Below the pieces are notes generated by a model. That model was given only the letters and a program-made list of their open reading frames with translations, did no database searches and was not told where the DNA came from. The position numbers and the translations under genes were made by a program. From contig JBBROS010000003.1 in the NCBI GenBank assembly GCA_038229135.1, positions 38,323-62,322 of the forward strand: a stretch of 24,000 bases of DNA, given 5' to 3'. Origin of the DNA: Acetobacterales bacterium. GTDB taxonomy: Bacteria > Pseudomonadota > Alphaproteobacteria > Acetobacterales > Acetobacteraceae. Below, piece after piece: positions 1-7,020 of the stretch (its first letter is position 1; each line of letters opens with the position of its first letter).

Positions 1-743
1 GCTGCGCGCTGGTCGCACTCGCGGTGCTCGCGGCCCAGAGCCCATCGCGCCCGACCATCACGCTCCAGGCCAGCCCGCACCGCGCCTTCACCTTCGGCCC
101 TCTCCTGCGGGACCGCGTGCTGCAGGCCACCCTGCCCTTGCTCGCCGCGACGACGGGCTCCGTCTTCGCCCTGCAGAGCCTCTGGGCCGGCCCCCACCTC
201 TCCGCCGTGCACGGCTTCACCCCGGCCCAGACGGTCGCCGCGCTGGCGGGGATGGCCCTCGTCATGCTCGCCTCCACCCCGCTCTGGGGAGCGCTCACAA
301 TCCTGCTCCGCCGGCGTATCGGCCTGCCCTGGGCCCTGTTCGCCTGCGCCGCGGTGCTCCTCGGCCTCGAGGCACTGCTGCTCCCCGCACCGGGCCACCC
401 CGCGCTGCTGCTGCCCGACGCCGGGCCGCTGCTCCCCTGGCTGGGAATCGCCGCGTTCACCGCCTCGACCGTGCTGGGCTTCAGCCTCGTCGCCGACCAG
501 GTTCCGCACGCCGCCCTCGGCCGCGCCAACGCGCTGGCCAACGCCGCCCAGTTCATCGTCGCCTTCGCCGTGCAGGCCGGCATGGGCCTCGTCATCGAGG
601 CCTACGCCAGCAACCCGGCGCTCGGCCACCGCGTCGCCCTCGTCCTGCCCATGGCGCTCCAGAGCGCCGGCCTTCTTTGGTTTGCGGCCCGCATTCCCGG
701 CCGAGCCCGCGCCGCCTCCCCCGGGAGGCCCGCGCGGCCCTGA
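1..743 (+). CDS. MFS-type transporter, C-terminal half (5' end outside window)
   Basis: Reading frame is open to the window edge. The product is strongly hydrophobic with several helix-length segments, and third codon positions are almost all G/C. The C-terminal pattern (GRANALANAAQFIVAFAVQAGMGLV) looks MFS-like. Family call is by eye only. Confidence 0.6.
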   Translation, partial: CALVALAVLAAQSPSRPTITLQASPHRAFTFGPLLRDRVLQATLPLLAATTGSVFALQSLWAGPHLSAVHGFTPAQTVAALAGMALVMLASTPLWGALTILLRRRIGLPWALFACAAVLLGLEALLLPAPGHPALLLPDAGPLLPWLGIAAFTASTVLGFSLVADQVPHAALGRANALANAAQFIVAFAVQAGMGLVIEAYASNPALGHRVALVLPMALQSAGLLWFAARIPGRARAASPGRPARP

Positions 744-809
744 ACCAACCCCCATACCGGCCACCCCGGCCGGGCCACTCCCGGGGCAACGGCAGAAAGG
801 ACCCGCACC

Positions 810-1001
810 ATGGACGCCACCAACTACCACTGGATCCCCCGGATGGAAGAGCCGCAGCCCCGCACCGAAGCCGACGAGCGCCGCGGCGCCCTCCTCTCGG
901 TCGTCATCACCTTCCTGTGGATCGGCCTGCTCGCCACCATCGCGGCCCCGCCCGCAACGGACATGCTGAACGACACCACGGCCTCCCTCCCCAGCCCATG
1001 A
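810..1001 (+). CDS. small hypothetical membrane protein (63 aa)
   Basis: ATG is preceded by GAAAGGA (Shine-Dalgarno-like) about 8-14 nt upstream. GC3 is very high, as in the neighbouring genes. It has one hydrophobic helix (LLSVVITFLWIGLLATIAA). No family recognised. Confidence 0.45.
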   Translation: MDATNYHWIPRMEEPQPRTEADERRGALLSVVITFLWIGLLATIAAPPATDMLNDTTASLPSP

Positions 1002-1178
1002 CGAGGATGCGCGCCGCCCCAGTCCCCTTCTCCAATTTAAGAAACGATTCGGCATATTATCGAGACGGGGCGGCGTCCATCTGGAACGGTCGATCCATGA
1101 CCGAACTTGGGTTTATCATTCTGAAACTGTTGCGTCCTTCGCACTCGATCCGCCATCGTCCCGTCCGGAGCAGGCACG

Positions 1179-2783
1179 ATGCGGTTGGCGGAGGCAGAGA
1201 TCGGGGGGCAGTGCGAGATCGGGCCGTTCCTGCTGGACGCCCGGGCGGAGATGCTCACCCGCGACGGCACCCCGCTCCCGCTCGGCCGCCGAGCCGTCGC
1301 GCTGCTGCTCACCTTGCTGGAACGCCCGGGCGAGCTGGTCACCAAGGACGAGCTGATGGCCCGCGTGTGGAAGGGCCTCGCCGTGGAAGAGGGCAACCTC
1401 GCCGCCCAGGTCGCCGCCCTCCGCCGGGCGCTCGCCGCCGTCCCCTCGGGCGATGAGTGGATCGAAACCTTGCCTCGGCGCGGCTACCGATGGCGCGGCC
1501 CCCTGCACTGGCTGCCGGACACGGCGCCCAGCCAACGCGCAGCACCCGCCCACACGGCGCACGCCCAAACTGCGCACGCCCATACTGCGCACGATCGCCC
1601 CTCGGTCGCCGTACTCCCGTTCCAGGCCGTGCCCGCCGGCTCCGTCCCCGAACTCCTCACCGACGGCCTGGCCGAGGACGTGCTCTCCGCCCTCTCCCGC
1701 CTCGAGGCCCTCACCGTCATCTCGCGCAACTCGAGCTTCCGCCTGCGCGACGCCGGGCTGGACACGGGGCAGGTGGGCGCCGCCCTGGGCGCACGATACG
1801 TGTTCGGCGGCACCATGCGCGCCCAGGCAAGCACCATCCGCATCGGCTACGAGCTGGCCGAAGCCGCCCCGGGCATCGTCCTGCTGTCCCGCTCGCGGGA
1901 TACCCGGGCCGACCAGGTCTTTGCCGAGCAGGACCAGATCGTGGCTGAGATCGTCCGCGCCCTCGCACCGCGCGTCCGCGACCACGAGCTCGCCCGCATC
2001 CACACGGCGGATCCCGCCGACCTCCGCGCCTACGAGCTCGTGCTCCAGGCCCGCGCCCTGATGCACACGCTGCAGCCCGACGCCCTGGACAAGGCCGAGC
2101 CCCTCCTCCTGCGTGCGGCCACGCTCGACCCGCAATACGCCCTGCCCTGGACGCTCCAGGCCGAGCTCCACAGCCTCCGCCTCGGCCAAGGCTGGGCCAC
2201 CAACCGCGCCGCCGAGACCGAGGCCGCCGAGCGCTGCGTCAACGAGGCCCTCGCCCGCAACCCGCACGACGCCCACGCGCTGGCCCGCCTCGGCCACACG
2301 CGCGCCCTGCTCCACCGCGACCACGCCACCGCCCTCACCCTCTTCAAGCGCGCGCTGGAGGCGGACCCGAACAGCCCCATCGCCTGGCTCATGAGCAGCA
2401 TGACCTACTCCTTCCTCGGTGACGGCCCGACCGGCATCGCCCATGGCGAGCAGGCGCTGCGTCTCTCGCCCCGCGACTGGTACGGCTTCCGCTTCCACAT
2501 GGCGCTGTCGCTCGCCCACTACACCGCCAGCGACTACGCCGAGGCGGCCCATCATGGCGCGGCCGCCATCGCCGAGAGCGGGCGGGACCTTTCGAGTCAC
2601 GGATACCTGATCGCGTCCCTTGCCGCCGCCGGCGACATGACCGCCGCAACCAGGCTGGCCGCCGACATCGCCGAGCGATGGCCCCCCGGGAACGTCGCCG
2701 GGACCGTTGCCCGCCACCCCTATGCCGACCCGGCCCGCCGCGAACGCTACGGCCAGCACCTGCTCGCGGCCGGCTTGTCCTAA
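1179..2783 (+). CDS. winged-helix (OmpR/PhoB-type DNA-binding domain) regulator with TolB-N-like segment and C-terminal TPR repeats; no receiver domain, no TM segment
   Basis: The N-terminus carries a trans_reg_C-like signature (GRRAVALLLTLLERPGELVTKDELMARVW ... ETLPRRGYRW). The central segment SVAVLPFQA...LAEDVLSALSRLEALTVISRNSSF is typical of the TolB-N-like module in CadC/adenylate-cyclase-type proteins. The C-terminal half has helical TPR-like repeats. GC3 is high. Confidence 0.85.
   Translation: MRLAEAEIGGQCEIGPFLLDARAEMLTRDGTPLPLGRRAVALLLTLLERPGELVTKDELMARVWKGLAVEEGNLAAQVAALRRALAAVPSGDEWIETLPRRGYRWRGPLHWLPDTAPSQRAAPAHTAHAQTAHAHTAHDRPSVAVLPFQAVPAGSVPELLTDGLAEDVLSALSRLEALTVISRNSSFRLRDAGLDTGQVGAALGARYVFGGTMRAQASTIRIGYELAEAAPGIVLLSRSRDTRADQVFAEQDQIVAEIVRALAPRVRDHELARIHTADPADLRAYELVLQARALMHTLQPDALDKAEPLLLRAATLDPQYALPWTLQAELHSLRLGQGWATNRAAETEAAERCVNEALARNPHDAHALARLGHTRALLHRDHATALTLFKRALEADPNSPIAWLMSSMTYSFLGDGPTGIAHGEQALRLSPRDWYGFRFHMALSLAHYTASDYAEAAHHGAAAIAESGRDLSSHGYLIASLAAAGDMTAATRLAADIAERWPPGNVAGTVARHPYADPARRERYGQHLLAAGLS
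1554..1595 (+). repeat. in-frame 15-nt tandem repeat, about 2.8 copies (ACGGCGCACGCCCAA / ACTGCGCACGCCCAT / ACTGCGCACGAT), encoding TAHAQ-TAHAH-TAHD
   Basis: Read directly from the sequence. It lies in the linker between the wHTH and the TolB-N-like segment of the 1179-2783 gene. The preceding 12 nt (GCACCCGCCCAC) look like a further degenerate copy. Confidence 0.85.
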
Positions 2784-2806
2784 TCCCACGCTACGGAGAC
2801 CACACG

Positions 2807-3775
2807 ATGCGCTTCCCAACCAACCCGGCCCTGCTCCTCCCAGATGGCGGCGGCGCCTTCGTCCATGAAGGCCCTGTGGGCGGCGGCGGCGCGTTCGGGG
2901 GCGCCGGCAACCCGTGCTGCAACGGTCCCGAGCTCCTACCCGGCACCAAGCTCGAACCGCTGGACGCGGACGGCACCCTGCTCCCCTTCCACCACTTCCC
3001 CATGCTGCTGCCCGCCGAGTTCCCGCGCCGCCTCTGGGGGGCGGAGTTCTGGGCCACCACCATCGTCACCGAGTTCGCCGCCACCCCCTGGGCCCGCACC
3101 GTCACCGTCGGCCCCCCGCCGGACTGCCCCGACACCATCCGCGACGAGATCTACCAGCTCCTGCTCCTCGCGAAGGACCGGAGCACCTTCTCGGCCGAGA
3201 TCGTCGCGCAGGCCACGAACCCCCTGCCCTATTGGCTGAACCTGCTGAACATCACCGCCGCCTCCCACCCGGCCACCTGGCAGGCGATCCTCGCCGCCAA
3301 CGAGTGCGGCCACGTCGTCGCCATGCACTACAAGCGCAGCTTCGCCCGTCCCCGCCCGGTCCAGCACTACCCGGCCCTGATGCCCCCCCTGCACACGCCC
3401 GCGCACCCCTCCTACCCGAGCGGCCATGCGCTCGAGGCCATGACCGTCGCCCGCATCGTCGAGCACATCTACCCGGCCCTTGCGCAAGCCAAGCCCCCCA
3501 CCCGCGGCCCCGCGGACGCCCTCGCCCGCCGCATCGCCCTCAACCGCGAGATCGCCGGGGTGCACTTCGAAAGCGACTCGAAGGCCGGCTTCATCCTGGC
3601 CGACCTGCTCGCCCCCCACCTCCTGACCGTTCCCTCCTTCGCCGCCACGGTCGCGGCCGCGCAAGCCGAATGGGGCACGATCCCCACCCACACCTTCGAC
3701 CCACCCACGGAAGGTCTCAAGGACACCAAGGCCCTCACCGAGGATCTGAGGATCCCGCTCAAAATCACCCGATGA
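2807..3775 (+). CDS. PAP2-superfamily protein, vanadium-haloperoxidase / acid-phosphatase-like, soluble
   Basis: All three PAP2 motifs are present: K-x6-RP (KRSFARPRP), PSGH (YPSGHA) and R-x5-H-x3-D (NREIAGVHFESD). I chose the ATG at 2807, preceded by GGAG; the longer 2678 ORF overlaps the upstream gene. No signal peptide or TM helix is evident. Confidence 0.85.
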   Translation: MRFPTNPALLLPDGGGAFVHEGPVGGGGAFGGAGNPCCNGPELLPGTKLEPLDADGTLLPFHHFPMLLPAEFPRRLWGAEFWATTIVTEFAATPWARTVTVGPPPDCPDTIRDEIYQLLLLAKDRSTFSAEIVAQATNPLPYWLNLLNITAASHPATWQAILAANECGHVVAMHYKRSFARPRPVQHYPALMPPLHTPAHPSYPSGHALEAMTVARIVEHIYPALAQAKPPTRGPADALARRIALNREIAGVHFESDSKAGFILADLLAPHLLTVPSFAATVAAAQAEWGTIPTHTFDPPTEGLKDTKALTEDLRIPLKITR

Positions 3776-3780
3776 CTGCG

Positions 3781-3816
3781 TCCCCTCCTCTCGCGGAAGG
3801 CGCCGGGGGAGGGGGG
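3781..3816 (+). repeat. REP-like element copy A (degenerate): TCCCCTCCTC-TCGC-GGAAGGCG-CC-GGGGGAGGGGGG
   Basis: Matches the family consensus CCCCCCTCCCC-TCGC-GGGAGGGG-NC-GGGGGAGGGG. It starts 5 nt after the PAP2 stop codon. The proximal G-arm is degenerate. Confidence 0.65.
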
Positions 3817-3844
3817 CCACAGCCGCTGGCACGAACGAACGCGA

Positions 3845-3940
3845 CGTCATCGCGAGGCAAGTTTTGGCCGTGGCGATCTCAGAAGCCGTGAAGGCCAGCC
3901 CCGGCGGCCCCTGGATCGCCACGCGGCGCTCGCGATGACG
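3845..3940. repeat. nested perfect inverted repeats: 12-bp outer and 10-bp inner; candidate long hairpin or terminator in a convergent intergenic region
   Basis: Outer pair: CGTCATCGCGAG (3845-3856) with CTCGCGATGACG (3929-3940). Inner pair: CGTGGCGATC (3869-3878) with GATCGCCACG (3914-3923). The apical region is 35 nt. The repeats are certain; the function is not. Confidence 0.7.
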
Positions 3941-3963
3941 ACAGCCGATCCGACCGCCTCACC

Positions 3964-4812
3964 TCACCAGATGAACGACCCCACTGCCGCCGCCGGCGCC
4001 AGCCCGGCCCCTCGCGCCTCCGCCTCCACCACGTCCCACCCCGCGCCATGGGCTCCATGCAGCCCGCCCAGCACCCAGCACGCATCCACCCCGACGGCCG
4101 CCGCCCCGGCGATGTCCGTCCGCAGCGCATCCCCCACCGCCAGCACACGCCCGCGCTCCACGCCCAGCATGCCGAACACCGGGGCGTAGATCGCAGGGTC
4201 CGGCTTGCCCAGGCTCGCCACCTGGCCCCCCATCGCCTCATACCGCACCGCCAGCGCCCCGGCGCAGATCACCCGAACGCCTCCGCGGATCACGGCCAGG
4301 TCCGGGTTCGCGCAGATCATCGGCAGACCGGCCGCCGCACAGGCTTTCAGCACCGGGTCGAACGCCGCTTCGTCCTCGCCGCCCAGCTGGTCGTCTGGCC
4401 CCGTGTTCAACAGCACCGTCGCCGCCCCCGGCCGCCCCACCAGCTCCAGATCCAGCCCCGCCACCACGTTCCGGTCCCGCTCCGGCCCAAGGTGATACAC
4501 GCGCCGCCCCAGCCCGGCCCACCACGCATCCGGCCGGTCCCGCAGCATGAGGTGCACCGCCTCGCCCGAGCTCATCACGCCGTCGTACAGCGCGTCCTCC
4601 ACCCCCATGCCCCGCAACTGCTCCCGGATCGGCTCCGCCCGGCGCGGCGCGTTGGTCAGCATCACCACCCGCTTGCCCGCCGCCCGCAGCGCCCGCAGGC
4701 AGTCCACCGCTCCCGGATACGGCCGCACCCCGTCATGCACCACGCCCCACAGGTCCAGGATCAGCCCGTCATAGCCCTCGGCCACTTCCCGCAGCCCCGC
4801 GATCTGCTTCAC
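3964..4812 (-). CDS. HAD-superfamily hydrolase, subfamily IIA (TIGR01459-like)
   Basis: HAD motif I is in the characteristic context GLILDLWGVVHDG, followed by VVMLTNAPR and a C-terminal GDALRTDIAGA (motif IV-like). GTG start overlaps the pyrD stop (GTGA). Confidence 0.85.
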   Translation of the reverse strand: MKQIAGLREVAEGYDGLILDLWGVVHDGVRPYPGAVDCLRALRAAGKRVVMLTNAPRRAEPIREQLRGMGVEDALYDGVMSSGEAVHLMLRDRPDAWWAGLGRRVYHLGPERDRNVVAGLDLELVGRPGAATVLLNTGPDDQLGGEDEAAFDPVLKACAAAGLPMICANPDLAVIRGGVRVICAGALAVRYEAMGGQVASLGKPDPAIYAPVFGMLGVERGRVLAVGDALRTDIAGAAAVGVDACWVLGGLHGAHGAGWDVVEAEARGAGLAPAAAVGSFIW

Positions 4813-5858
4813 TGTGCCGTCCCCACTGCATCGCCCACACTGGCAAAGCCCTCGCGCCGCAGCGCCGCCGCCAGCTCCCGCTTGATCCGCCCCACGATCG
4901 CCGGCCCGTCATAGGCGAATGCCGTGTAGAGTTGCACCAGCCGCGCCCCCGCCCGGATCTTCTCCAGCGCATGCTCCCCCGTCGCCACGCCCCCGCACCC
5001 CACGATCTCGAGCCTCCCCGCCGCCAAGCGATACGCTCGCCCCACCATCGCCGTGCTCGGCTCCCGCAGCGGCGCGCCGGAAAGCCCCCCGGCCTCCGAC
5101 CGCGCCGCGCTGCGCAGCCCGTCCCGCGCAGTCGTCGTGTTGCTCACGATCAGCCCCGCCACCCCGTAAGCCGCACACGCCTCCACCACCACCTCGAGCC
5201 CCGCCTCGTCCAGCTCCGGCGCCACCTTCACCAGCAGCGGCGGCCGCTCCGGCGCAATCGCCTCGAGGATCTCCCGCAGCTGCCGCTCCCCCTGCAAGTC
5301 CCGCAGCCCTGGCGTGTTCGGCGAACTCACGTTGATCACCACGTAATCCACATGCGGCGCGACGGCGGCCACCATCGCGGCATAGTCCCGCACCGGATCC
5401 GCCCCCTCCTTGTTGATCCCCACGTTGGCCCCCACGACCAACGCCCGACGCCCCCCGCTTCGGCCCGGCAGCCGCGCCAGCCGCGCCACATAGGCCTCGA
5501 GCCCCCGGCTGTTCAGCCCATACCGGTTGATCACCGCGCCATCCTCCGGCAGCCGGAACACCCGTGGCACGGGGTTGCCCCCCTGCGGCCGCAGCGTGAC
5601 GGTCCCCGTCTCGACGAACCCGAACCCGAGCCGCCCGAGCCCCCGGACCGCCACCGCCTCCTTGTCGAACCCGGCCGCCAGCCCCACCGGGTTGGCGAAC
5701 CACTGCCCCAGCGCCTGCACCCCCAGAACCGGGTCGTCCGCCCGCGCCTCCCGCCCCGCCAGCCCCAGCCGCAGCGCCAGCACGGCCAGACGATGCGCCC
5801 GCTCGGCCTCGAGCCGGCGCAGCAGCGGCGCGAGCGCCGTGGAAAAGGAGGGTGTCAT
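4809..5858 (-). CDS. pyrD: dihydroorotate dehydrogenase (quinone), class 2
   Basis: Typical class 2 sequence: an N-terminal amphipathic extension, GLAAGFDK, and INVSSPNTPGLRDLQ (catalytic Ser context). The C-terminal part has GGVATGEHALEKIRAGARLVQLYTAFAYDGP. I chose the ATG at 5858 (GGAAG upstream); the 5960 extension runs through a REP element. Confidence 0.93.
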   Translation of the reverse strand: MTPSFSTALAPLLRRLEAERAHRLAVLALRLGLAGREARADDPVLGVQALGQWFANPVGLAAGFDKEAVAVRGLGRLGFGFVETGTVTLRPQGGNPVPRVFRLPEDGAVINRYGLNSRGLEAYVARLARLPGRSGGRRALVVGANVGINKEGADPVRDYAAMVAAVAPHVDYVVINVSSPNTPGLRDLQGERQLREILEAIAPERPPLLVKVAPELDEAGLEVVVEACAAYGVAGLIVSNTTTARDGLRSAARSEAGGLSGAPLREPSTAMVGRAYRLAAGRLEIVGCGGVATGEHALEKIRAGARLVQLYTAFAYDGPAIVGRIKRELAAALRREGFASVGDAVGTAQ

Positions 5859-5899
5859 GCCCGGCTTCCTGCCCGATGGTGGCCAGTGAAGCAATGCTT

Positions 5900-5934
5900 C
5901 CCCCCTCCCCTTGCGGGAGGGGACGGGGGAGGGG
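5900..5934 (+). repeat. REP-like element copy B: CCCCCCTCCCC-TTGC-GGGAGGGG-AC-GGGGGAGGGG
   Basis: Read directly. It lies in the divergent region between the pyrD start (5858) and the 5995 ORF. It is followed by TGACCGC, as in copy E. Confidence 0.85.
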
Positions 5935-5994
5935 TGACCGCACGAGCAGTCCCGCGACATCGCACCTACAACTGGCGTCTGCTACACACCCGCC

Positions 5995-6204
5995 ATGTAC
6001 AACGAGCCCTACCTCGAGACCTGCTGCCGCGCCGCCCTGCACCGCCTCTCGCTCGCCGCCCAGCTCGGCCGCCCCCACGGCCTGCGCGACGAGCCCTGCC
6101 TCGAACGCCTCGCCGCCATGGGCCTGGTCGAAGAAGGCGAGCGCTGGACCCTCACCGAAGCCGGCGCCGCCCGCCACGCCTCGGAGGTGCTAAAGGCCGA
6201 GTAG
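5995..6204 (+). CDS. small hypothetical protein (69 aa), possible winged-helix-like fold
   Basis: GC3 is very high and the composition is non-repetitive (LERLAAMGLVEEGERWTLTEAG). There is no obvious Shine-Dalgarno sequence. No family recognised. Confidence 0.5.
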   Translation: MYNEPYLETCCRAALHRLSLAAQLGRPHGLRDEPCLERLAAMGLVEEGERWTLTEAGAARHASEVLKAE

Positions 6205-6514
6205 AGCGCCGTGCCACTCCGTCACTCACAAATGATGTTCCCAGAGTGTGGCGGATACGCGCAGCTCCGATCCAAGTTGTCATCGCTGTTCGAAGTCGGA
6301 TAAGGCGCCCTGCGTCGAAGGTCAGCTCAGTCCGATGCCACTCCTTGCGCGGCAGCTGCATCAACGTCCCATGCGCAACGAAATCGATACGTCGGTCGAG
6401 TTGATCGCGCTCTGAGGTGGTGTCCGAACCAGCCTTCGTCAGCCTGTCCTTCGACCCTGCCGTACCGTGGCCGAACCACATGTGATACTGCCGACCCTGA
6501 TCCTGCCAAGTCAT
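6152..6514 (-). CDS. hypothetical protein (120 aa) in lower-GC islet; 3' end uncertain
   Basis: ATG is preceded by AAGGAAG with a 7-nt spacer. The first two thirds have coding-like codon bias. The last 53 nt overlap the convergent 5995-6204 gene and encode an Arg-rich tail, so the true end may differ or the gene may be decaying. Confidence 0.4.
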   Translation of the reverse strand: MTWQDQGRQYHMWFGHGTAGSKDRLTKAGSDTTSERDQLDRRIDFVAHGTLMQLPRKEWHRTELTFDAGRLIRLRTAMTTWIGAARIRHTLGTSFVSDGVARRSTRPLAPPRRGGRRRLR

Positions 6515-6566
6515 TCACAGTCTTCCTTGCTCAATGCCATCGGCGCCACGACGAGCCACGCGCCGC

Positions 6567-6908
6567 CTAACCCAGCCCCCCCACGATCCCCCGCGCACGC
6601 AGCGGCCCGTCCAGCTCCGCCATCGCCTCCCGCCACAGCCGCCAGTCGCTGCCCTCCTGCAGCCGCCGCGCGTCCGGGGCCCGGCCCCGCAACCCCCAGA
6701 TCCGCAGCACCCGCGCATGCAGCAGCTCCACCCGCCGCTGCCGATATAGCTCGTCCAGGCACTTCACCACGTCCCCCGCACGCCCGCGCATCCGCCCCTC
6801 CGCAACCCGCCGCATGGCCCAGATCCACGCCGCGTCCGGCGAGCCGAACACCGTGCCTTCCCCAAGCGTCGGGTCGGGCGGAACGAAGAGCGGCGAGCCA
6901 TGATCCAT
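6567..6908 (-). CDS. hypothetical protein (113 aa)
   Basis: GC3 is high and the sequence is non-repetitive (AAWIWAMRRVAEG ... VVKCLDELYRQRRVELLHARVLRIWG). It is divergent from the S24 repressor gene. The Shine-Dalgarno sequence is weak. No family recognised. Confidence 0.5.
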   Translation of the reverse strand: MDHGSPLFVPPDPTLGEGTVFGSPDAAWIWAMRRVAEGRMRGRAGDVVKCLDELYRQRRVELLHARVLRIWGLRGRAPDARRLQEGSDWRLWREAMAELDGPLRARGIVGGLG

Positions 6909-6956
6909 GACCGGATAAGATCATTGTCCTAGACACACGACAAGCCGAAATTCCTA

Positions 6957-6966
6957 CTTGCGCAAG
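6957..6966. promoter_or_regulatory. perfect 10-bp palindrome CTTGCGCAAG in the divergent promoter region (candidate operator)
   Basis: Read directly. It sits in the comparatively AT-rich 112-bp region between the starts at 6908 (-) and 7021 (+). Function is inferred only from position next to an HTH repressor gene. Confidence 0.25.
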
Positions 6967-7020
6967 CAACGAGTCCTATGCCAAAAACTGGACACCACCG
7001 CTCCGAACGGGCCGAATGCC

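Noticed and set aside
764-786. Hairpin CCCCGG-N11-CCGGGG after the MFS gene as a terminator
   Set aside because: The stem is only 6 bp, the loop is 11 nt and there is no U-tract. The next ORF follows on the same strand, so this is too weak to call.
2678-2806. 5' extensions of track ORFs (2678, 5960, 6958, 7901, 9088, 11805, 21661 starts)
   Set aside because: The extensions overlap upstream genes or translate REP elements, giving PLPRGEGG-like peptides. Internal starts have better ribosome-binding sites and give N-termini typical of the families (signal peptides, lipobox, conserved N-terminal motifs).
1116-2819. 567-aa ORF on the - strand
   Set aside because: It is antisense to the wHTH-TPR regulator, which has clear domain signatures. 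The product is Gly/Ala/Arg/Val-rich with no motifs. Shadow ORF.
6286-6293. tRNA T-loop-like GTTCGAAG in the lower-GC islet
   Set aside because: The flanking bases do not form a T-stem, and no acceptor or anticodon arms can be drawn on either strand.
6232-6303. 23-aa + strand ORF (MMFPECGGYAQLRSKLSSLFEVG) antisense to the 120-aa gene
   Set aside because: It has no ribosome-binding site and is too short, with no supporting signal. It cannot be distinguished from chance.
6212-6344. 9-bp direct repeat TGCCACTCC (6212-6220 and 6336-6344) as possible insertion-site duplication for the islet
   Set aside because: A 9-mer recurring within about 150 nt is expected by chance several times in 24 kb. 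The two copies also do not bracket the lower-GC segment.
4909-6404. Long ORFs 4909-6177 (-) and 4932-6404 (+) overlapping pyrD
   Set aside because: These are alternative frames of the pyrD locus. The translations are Gly/Ala/Arg- or Pro/Arg-rich low complexity, while the pyrD frame shows full family signatures.
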